Both the position numbers and the translations under genes were made by a program. The notes beneath the pieces are model-generated. The model did no database searches and was not told the origin of the DNA. It saw only the letters and a program-made list of their open reading frames with translations. A stretch of 32,000 nt of DNA from Candidatus Poseidoniaceae archaeon (GTDB taxonomy: Archaea; Thermoplasmatota; Poseidoniia; Poseidoniales; Poseidoniaceae), in the NCBI GenBank assembly GCA_943789275.1, contig CALSTM010000003.1:600001-632000 (forward strand). Direction: 5' to 3'. Every line of letters begins with the position of its first letter. Positions within the stretch are counted from its first letter, which is position 1. Of the stretch, positions 26,924 to 32,000 are shown in pieces.

Positions 26924-29173
26924 ATCATCCCAGAAATCTCCTATTCTCCGCCAGAAATGGTCCTTACAAACAACACTTCGATGGCCTATTGGTCTCCACT
27001 CAATGTCGGTGGGCCCGCTCTTTCATGGAGTATTTCTCCAGAACTTTCTCCAGGACTGTTGTTCGATTCCTCCAACGGTACAATTTCGGGACTACCAACC
27101 GAGGTTGCCCCACTGCTCAACTATACAGTCTCAGCGACCAACAGTGGAGGCACTTCCGAGTTTAGCATCAACATCACCGTCGTTGGAAACGTTCCTCTCA
27201 TTGAATATGTGCCGAGTGACATTGTTTTACTCAACAATTCGAGCATACTTGATTTGTTACCGCTTTCTACCGGTGGAGCTGTGTTGGAATGGTCAATTAC
27301 TCCGGAACTGCCGCTCGGCCTTACGTTTGACAACACATCTGGTCGCATGAACGGTACGCCTGTTGAAGTGAGCAGCCAAACTCAGTATTCAGTGACGGTC
27401 ATCAACGATGACGGATTTTTGACTGTTATGGTCAACATCACCGTTGAAGACCTTGTTTATGAGACCGCTCAAGGCGTTTTCAATGCCCTCAATAAATCGA
27501 TGATTGAATCAATCGAGCCGCTTTCTTTCATCAGCGATTCAGTGTACGAGATTCACCCTGCTCTTCCAACGGGTCTTTCGATTGGACCGTTGAACGGTAC
27601 CATTTGGGGAGTTCCGAGTGAAGTCATGGAACTGAAGAGTTACACTGTGTATTCGAATTCAAGTTTGTTCAATGACACCTTCATCATAATGCTGCGAGTT
27701 CTTGAAGACTCAGACAACGATTCCTTACCAGACGCTCTGCCTGTTGGATATGATTTGATCGGAGAACTCATTGAAGATTTAGATGATGATGACGACGGTT
27801 ATTCTGATTTGCTTGAAGACGAGTGTTTGAGCGATTCGCTTGACGATAATTCGATGCCCGGCGACCTTGACGGTGATTCCATTTGTGACCCGCTGGACAA
27901 CGACGTTGACGGTGACGGACTGTTCAACCTCTTGGAAGATAGCAGTGGGAACTACACATCAATCATTGATACGGGGACGAACCCACTGCTTGCAGATACT
28001 GATGGTGACGGCGTTTGTGATGGCCCACTCATCCCTGCGAACGGAGGCTGCACAATGGGACCTGATGCCTTCCCGAATGACCCTTCAGCATTTGCCGATA
28101 CCGATGGAGATGGTATGCCCGACGAAATGTTTGGAAATTCAACCAGTGAACCACCGTTGATACTTGATTTGGATGATGATAATGATTTGTGGACCGACCT
28201 CCAGGAAGAGGAGTGCGGAACTGACCATCTTGACCAATACAGTGTACCTGAAGATGCAGACGGTGACGGAATCTGTAACAACCTCGATGAGCGAATGGAT
28301 CTTTCTTTCAATCTCACCTATCCGATTACCAACCGAACACTCCTCTTGGATGAAGAGATGGAGCCTTTGCTTCCGAACATCACTGGAATTGGGGAAATTG
28401 AGACTTGGGAAATTGTTGGGGAATTACCTGATGGTTTGACCTTTGGATGGAGTCCAGCTCGAGACGCCCTTCTGGACGGAAGCATCCGAGGTACACCTAC
28501 TGAACTGATGAACGCCACTGATTTCGTCATTTGGGCGAACAATTCGGGGTACAGTCGATCGTTCATGATTACACTTGAAGTTTCATATGAATACTATCCA
28601 GAGGATAACAATGCGACACCGCAGGTATTGGGCTACATCTTGTGCCCGCTCTTTTTGTTGGTTTTGGTTGCCGTGGCTATGCTACTTGTTCCAAAGAAAA
28701 AAGTTGTCTTCAGAGATGCTCAGCCACAAAACACGTCCTCTCGTCCGAAGTTCAAGAGCGGTGCTGGAACTCGGGAGGACCCGTTCATTATCCAGACGCT
28801 TACCGGCGTTGAAGCCAGAACGTTTGTGCTTAGCAAGGAATCAATCACGACAAATGAAGTCTCACCTTCGAGCGTGTTTGACATTCGGGATGAAAACGAG
28901 GTCGAGAACGATGGCCGATTTAAAATCCTCAATCACCACAATGAATCTTCTTCTGTGGAAGAGGAATGGTCACCGGTTTCAAGACTCAACTCTGACCAAG
29001 AAGGTGTTCTCATCTACCAATTGGCTTTTGATGACCGTGACTCTGCTACGGTTCGTGAAAGTTCTTACACGACTTTGTTCAAGGTAGGGAACGAATCCGT
29101 GTATTTCCAATGGACGGTCAAGATGAAACCGAAGAAGAACCCGAGGAAGAAGTCGGGCAAGAAATCAAAGTGA
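26483..29173 (+). CDS. Gene 2 fragment 9 (frame 2): He_PIG units, TSP3-like module, TM anchor, cytoplasmic tail; true C-terminus
   Basis: It begins mid-domain (VSWAISPAVPSGLAFDTSTGVLSGTPT) and ends at TGA 29171-29173. It is collinear with gene 1 nt ~6240-8490. Confidence 0.92.
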   Translation: MSWAISPAVPSGLAFDTSTGVLSGTPTELLTRSMFTITATNTGGTATAYINITIVDELPTIAYSPNDLIMTNNTVSSDLPLSPTITGSGEIVSWAISPSEPSGLSFDTSNGTLSGTPTELLTRTMYTITATNTGGTATAYINITVLDIIPEISYSPPEMVLTNNTSMAYWSPLNVGGPALSWSISPELSPGLLFDSSNGTISGLPTEVAPLLNYTVSATNSGGTSEFSINITVVGNVPLIEYVPSDIVLLNNSSILDLLPLSTGGAVLEWSITPELPLGLTFDNTSGRMNGTPVEVSSQTQYSVTVINDDGFLTVMVNITVEDLVYETAQGVFNALNKSMIESIEPLSFISDSVYEIHPALPTGLSIGPLNGTIWGVPSEVMELKSYTVYSNSSLFNDTFIIMLRVLEDSDNDSLPDALPVGYDLIGELIEDLDDDDDGYSDLLEDECLSDSLDDNSMPGDLDGDSICDPLDNDVDGDGLFNLLEDSSGNYTSIIDTGTNPLLADTDGDGVCDGPLIPANGGCTMGPDAFPNDPSAFADTDGDGMPDEMFGNSTSEPPLILDLDDDNDLWTDLQEEECGTDHLDQYSVPEDADGDGICNNLDERMDLSFNLTYPITNRTLLLDEEMEPLLPNITGIGEIETWEIVGELPDGLTFGWSPARDALLDGSIRGTPTELMNATDFVIWANNSGYSRSFMITLEVSYEYYPEDNNATPQVLGYILCPLFLLVLVAVAMLLVPKKKVVFRDAQPQNTSSRPKFKSGAGTREDPFIIQTLTGVEARTFVLSKESITTNEVSPSSVFDIRDENEVENDGRFKILNHHNESSSVEEEWSPVSRLNSDQEGVLIYQLAFDDRDSATVRESSYTTLFKVGNESVYFQWTVKMKPKKNPRKKSGKKSK
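27700..28300 (+). other. Thrombospondin type-3-like acidic Ca-binding repeats (paralogue of 7040-7640)
   Basis: DSDNDSLPD, DLDDDDDGYSD, DLDGDSICDPLDNDVDGDGLFN, DTDGDGVCD, DTDGDGMPD, DADGDGICN. Confidence 0.75.
28625..28693 (+). other. Single transmembrane helix (anchor) of gene 2
   Basis: VLGYILCPLFLLVLVAVAMLLVP is followed by KKK. Confidence 0.8.
28694..29170 (+). other. Post-TM (predicted cytoplasmic) module of gene 2, ending in a Lys-rich tail
   Basis: KSGAGTREDPFIIQT...SVYFQWTVKMKPKKNPRKKSGKKSK is homologous to gene 1 nt 8073-8490. It lacks the K/A repeat and the HhH domain. Confidence 0.5.
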
Positions 29174-29185
29174 GGGGTCCCCTCA
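29171..29185. repeat. 15-bp perfect palindrome TGAGGGGTCCCCTCA containing both convergent stop codons
   Basis: TGA (29171-29173) ends gene 2, and TCA (29183-29185, i.e. TGA on the minus strand) ends the DUF3592-like gene. The inverted repeat is certain; a terminator role is speculative. Confidence 0.9.
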
Positions 29186-30322
29186 GTATTCGTGGTAACC
29201 ATCCAATTCTTCATTGGCGAACTCAACCAGCATCTCACCAAGTCCTTGGTCGGCAAATTTCTTCATTTCAGTGACGATCTTAGCCAAAGCAATACAGATT
29301 CCAATCGAGCTGAGTGATCCTAGGGACAGCGCCCATCCGTACCAAGGAAGCGCTCCATATGTCCTGAACAGTGGGACGACGATAATGAGCGACAAGACCA
29401 GCAAAACCACACCTATTCCAGCGACAACGATTCCACCCTTCTTCAGGTGACCAGCCAAATCTTGACTCGCTTCCGAATCATGATTTTCGACTATTTCTTC
29501 TATTTCGACCAACCAATCTCTGTCAAGAGGAGTCGGGTTGTTCTTATCCTGATTCTGTTTTTTACAGATGGTAAAGAACTCGTCGATTTGAGCGTCTGTA
29601 CACGAATACAGTTTCATTTTTCTTGCTAATGCCTCAACAGATGGATGTGCAAAATGCAACTCACCCCAGACGTTTTTTGCCGATTCAAAATGTACCGGTT
29701 CATCCGAATAAGGGATGTCGGATTTTTCATCTGGATTCACTGGCTGGGTGGGATTCAATATTTCTTTCACACCACCAATGACAAACAGTCCGGCAATCAA
29801 AGTGCTGAACAGAGCAACGAATACAGGTGGTATGAACGGGGCAAAGTTTCCTTGATCAGTATCGATATTGTTCGGATCTTCGGAATCATATGCAATTTCT
29901 CTGGTAGAGTTCTTTGGATAATCGACTTCCCATACTCGGGATTCAAAATGAGAAACTTTTTCATATCCCGATGCGGAATACGTCTGCTCATCGACGACAT
30001 AACGTAGAAGGTAGTTGACGTAATAATCGGTACAAGTGGAACTGCTCTCGGCATCGCCACATTCGTATTCTTGCGTCTCAATTTCAAGTTGTACAACTCT
30101 GGCATCGACGGTCTCCCACGATTGAGCTTCCAATTCATCGGTAAAATCACCGAGAACAATGAACGGCCAAATACATCCAAGAAGAAATACGACGATTCCG
30201 GCGACAAGAAGAGCACCTGGTGAGGACTGATTGGGGCCGCTGAGTTGTACTTCCATGAACATCAATCCTTGCCGTACTACTTTACCGTAGTCCCGATATC
30301 CTTCAAAGGACGCATCTTCCAT
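29183..30322 (-). CDS. DUF3592-like integral membrane protein (4 predicted TM helices)
   Basis: 379-aa ORF. TM1 is ALLVAGIVVFLLGCIWPFIVLG. A beta-rich segment follows with a DUF3592-like pattern (WETVDARVV...YYVNYLLRYVVDEQTYS...REIAYDSEDPNNI). TM2 is FIPPVFVALFSTLIAGLFVIGGV, and there are two more C-terminal TM helices. The ATG at 30322 abuts the tpm stop. Confidence 0.65.
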   Translation of the reverse strand: MEDASFEGYRDYGKVVRQGLMFMEVQLSGPNQSSPGALLVAGIVVFLLGCIWPFIVLGDFTDELEAQSWETVDARVVQLEIETQEYECGDAESSSTCTDYYVNYLLRYVVDEQTYSASGYEKVSHFESRVWEVDYPKNSTREIAYDSEDPNNIDTDQGNFAPFIPPVFVALFSTLIAGLFVIGGVKEILNPTQPVNPDEKSDIPYSDEPVHFESAKNVWGELHFAHPSVEALARKMKLYSCTDAQIDEFFTICKKQNQDKNNPTPLDRDWLVEIEEIVENHDSEASQDLAGHLKKGGIVVAGIGVVLLVLSLIIVVPLFRTYGALPWYGWALSLGSLSSIGICIALAKIVTEMKKFADQGLGEMLVEFANEELDGYHEY

Positions 30323-30958
30323 CTACCGCCGGGTGAGGACAAACACCGAAAGGCTGCAACGGCTAAGGTCACGTTGTTCTTCTTCTAAGAGGTCGCTCCA
30401 TTGAACCCGCTGTACGTGAAAATGTTCTGAAAACAAAGTTTCGACTTCTGAATCAGGCAACGCAAAGGGTGGGCCTTGCATCTCTGATTGTGGATAATCA
30501 AACGTCACCATGAGGCCCTTACTGCCTTTGGAAGTGAGGTTACACAGTTGTTCAACATAGGCTTGACGCATGGACGAGGGGAGGGCAACGAGTGCTGCTC
30601 GGTCGTACCAAGCATCAAACGGTGCTTCATCCGGTTGGACTTCAAAGAAGTCAGCATGGTAAAGGTGAATGTTTTCTGTTGAGTATTTTGTGCCGGTTGG
30701 CTTCTGGTCAACACTTGCAGTCGTTGAGGCATCTTCAAAAAAATGCTTGACCGCTTTCTCGACCAGTTCAATCCCGACAACGGCGTGACCTTGTTCATGC
30801 AACCAATGCATGTCAAGGGATTTACCGCATAATGGAACGAGCACTTTTGCGCCGTTGGCAAGATCAAGTGAAGACCAATGATCTTCTAAGGTCGGGTTCG
30901 CTTCAAGCCGATGAAAACCAATGCGGTTCTCATCCCATCGCTGGTGCCATATGGACAT
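30323..30958 (-). CDS. tpm: Thiopurine S-methyltransferase (TPMT) family SAM-dependent methyltransferase
   Basis: 211 aa. W.QRW......FH...NP.L..HW..L......VLVPLCGKSLDMHWLHEQGHAVVGIELVEKAV..FF.E is the classic TPMT-family N-terminal signature. Confidence 0.85.
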   Translation of the reverse strand: MSIWHQRWDENRIGFHRLEANPTLEDHWSSLDLANGAKVLVPLCGKSLDMHWLHEQGHAVVGIELVEKAVKHFFEDASTTASVDQKPTGTKYSTENIHLYHADFFEVQPDEAPFDAWYDRAALVALPSSMRQAYVEQLCNLTSKGSKGLMVTFDYPQSEMQGPPFALPDSEVETLFSEHFHVQRVQWSDLLEEEQRDLSRCSLSVFVLTRR

Positions 30959-30962
30959 TCAA

Positions 30963-31829
30963 TCACTGGCCAGTGAAGTTGGCAACACGCTTTTCGACGT
31001 AGGCAGCAATTCCTTCTTTGGCGTCAGTACTGTTGAACAAAGACGCTTGCAACTCACGCTCGAGAGCCAAGTGGTATTCGAATGGAATCTCTGGGCCGGT
31101 TTGGCATGAACGCTTGATGTTTCCAACAGCCTTGACTGCCTTGTTTGGTAGAGTGAATTGACTGCACCAGTCGAGAATGTCTCGACGGAAATCTTCTGCA
31201 GAGCCTTCCCAAATGTGGTTGATGAGGTTGCAGCCGTGTGCGTCCTCAAACGACATGAGTTCGCCGGTGACCATCATTTCAAGAGCCATTGCCTTACCGA
31301 TGAGGCGAGTCAAACGAGCAGTTCCACCGGTTCCAGCAAGAACACCAAGGTTAATTTCTGGAAGTCCGACTTTGCCTGCGTTCTTTCGAGCGATTCGAAT
31401 GTCTGCAGCCATAGCGATTTCAAGACCGCCACCTACAGCGTGACCGTTGATAGCACAAACGACGAGCTTCGAAGTTTGCTCAAGTCGAGAAAGAGTTTCA
31501 TTGGCGTGAAGACAGAAGTTGTACTTGAAACCTGGAGTGACGCTGTTCAACATTTGAATGGATGCGCCGGCAGAAAAGAAGGATGCGCCGTTGCCGGTCA
31601 AGACAATGCAAGTGACATCGTCATCGAACCGAGCCTTGACAATTGCCGTGTCAATATCGCACATCATGGCGTGGGTGTAGGTGTTTGGAGAGCGGTCGTT
31701 TGCTCCTTCTAAAGGAGCACCTGCTGAGTCCGAGGTGAGTTCAATTACCGCAATTCCGTTGGTGGTAACACCGTAGTTGACAAGACGGTTAGGCATAGGT
31801 TCGAGTTTGAGTCCATAGAGGTCGCTCAT
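30963..31829 (-). CDS. Enoyl-CoA hydratase/isomerase (crotonase) family protein
   Basis: VIELT...VLTGNGASFFSAGASI...AINGHAVGGGLEIAMAADIRIA...GLPEINLGVLAGTGGTARLTRLIGKAMALEMMVTGE is the crotonase-fold signature. I prefer ATG 31829 (MSDLYGLK...) over the track start at 31862. Confidence 0.85.
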   Translation of the reverse strand: MSDLYGLKLEPMPNRLVNYGVTTNGIAVIELTSDSAGAPLEGANDRSPNTYTHAMMCDIDTAIVKARFDDDVTCIVLTGNGASFFSAGASIQMLNSVTPGFKYNFCLHANETLSRLEQTSKLVVCAINGHAVGGGLEIAMAADIRIARKNAGKVGLPEINLGVLAGTGGTARLTRLIGKAMALEMMVTGELMSFEDAHGCNLINHIWEGSAEDFRRDILDWCSQFTLPNKAVKAVGNIKRSCQTGPEIPFEYHLALERELQASLFNSTDAKEGIAAYVEKRVANFTGQ

Positions 31830-31850
31830 ACATCGACCCACAAGGATTCG

Positions 31851-31856
31851 CATTAA
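31851..31856 (-). promoter_or_regulatory. TATA-like TTAATG at -27..-22 of the enoyl-CoA hydratase ATG (candidate leaderless promoter)
   Basis: The minus strand reads gttcTTAATGcgaatccttgtgggtcgatgtATG. The spacing is the same as TTTAAG upstream of gene 2, and there is no SD motif. Confidence 0.25.
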
Positions 31857-31873
31857 GAACAAATCGCTTTGAA

Positions 31874-32000
31874 TTACTGCGCATCGGTATCGGTTTCAGT
31901 ATCTTTGGAAAACGAGAGTTTCGCCCCTTGTTTACGAACTTCAGTCCACTGCTCACCAATGGCAAGTGCTTCAGGTGATTGCTCCCAGACATCTCGTTTG
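31874..32000 (-). CDS. 3' end of an unidentified gene (partial; start lies beyond the window)
   Basis: The minus-strand frame is open from the window edge and reads ...KRDVWEQSPEALAIGEQWTEVRKQGAKLSFSKDTETDTDAQ*, with stop TAA at 31874-31876. It is not in the ORF track because it has no in-window start. I do not recognise the product. Confidence 0.4.
   Translation of the reverse strand, partial: KRDVWEQSPEALAIGEQWTEVRKQGAKLSFSKDTETDTDAQ

Larger units (their letters stand above)
9230..29173 (+). pseudogene. Single giant surface-protein gene of ~19.9 kb (about 6,640 codons) interrupted by at least 10 frame disruptions (true pseudogene or assembly indel errors)
   Basis: Domains continue seamlessly across every ORF break. 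Only the first fragment has a signal-like N-terminus and only the last has the TM anchor. Breaks are at 9531-9553 (f2>f3), 19314-19345 (f3>f1), 19484-19560 (f1>f2), 21833 (f2>f3), 21894 (f3>f1), 22036-22038 (f1>f2), 23339-23342 (f2>f3), 23421 (f3>f1), 23478 (f1>f3) and 26481 (f3>f2). Confidence 0.8.

Noticed and set aside
25328-26928. Antisense ORFs of 244 aa, 70 aa and 154 aa across the 6 x 273-bp array
   Set aside because: They are periodic mirror images of the He_PIG units. They have no start context or independent features, and the sense frame is strongly supported.
29214-30216. Plus-strand ORFs (78, 60, 120 aa) and a nested minus-strand 139-aa ORF inside the DUF3592-like gene
   Set aside because: They are fully contained in a longer ORF with a clear 4-TM plus DUF3592-like organisation, and they have no features of their own.
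30488-30867. 64-aa plus-strand and 120-aa minus-strand ORFs inside tpm
   Set aside because: They overlap a CDS with an unambiguous TPMT signature in another frame.
31789-31992. A 67-aa minus-strand ORF spanning the hydratase start region
   Set aside because: It overlaps the hydratase N-terminus and the intergenic spacer, and its sequence is basic and low-complexity. A different minus frame gives a protein-like C-terminus ending at 31874, which I prefer.
1-32000. Mobile-element or genomic-island boundaries (integrase, transposase, tRNA target, terminal direct repeats)
   Set aside because: None is visible. The only repeats are internal, in-frame coding repeats of the two giant genes, so any island boundaries lie outside this window.

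Overview
About 91% of this 32-kb window is two tandem, same-strand giant genes for repeat-built, C-terminally membrane-anchored cell-surface proteins. Gene 1 (nt 1-9144) has its 5' end upstream of the window and at least 3,047 codons in view. It reads RCC1 propeller, Ig-like unit, 7-blade propeller of an unnamed repeat family, about 16 He_PIG Ig-like units (including 5 near-identical 273-bp and 3 near-identical 261-bp tandem copies), thrombospondin-type-3-like Ca-binding module, one more Ig unit, a single TM helix, then a cytoplasmic tail. The tail carries a Lys/Ala-rich 42-bp repeat and a C-terminal helix-hairpin-helix (H3TH-like) domain. Gene 2 (9230-29173) reads as one gene of about 19.9 kb (about 6,640 codons). 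Its order is signal peptide, parallel beta-helix, LamG-like lectin domain, Ig units, RCC1 propeller, four more 7-blade propellers, a kelch-like propeller, roughly 35-40 He_PIG units, then the same TSP3/TM/tail anchor as gene 1. It is broken by at least 10 single-base-type frame disruptions into the five large and several small ORFs of the six-frame track. These are either real pseudogenisation or indel errors, and they cluster at internal repeat junctions. The last 2.8 kb is a convergent, tightly packed minus-strand cluster: a DUF3592-like 4-TM protein, a TPMT-family methyltransferase, an enoyl-CoA hydratase, and the 3' end of one more gene. I see no rRNA, tRNA, CRISPR, transposase/integrase or phage genes. 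Two genes have an A/T-rich TATA-like hexamer at exactly -27..-22 from the ATG, there are no Shine-Dalgarno motifs, and conserved N-x-S/T sequons are dense. These are compatible with a marine planktonic archaeon (for example Marine Group II), but that is a tentative guess, not a result. Most other ORFs in the track are shadow ORFs of the repeats.
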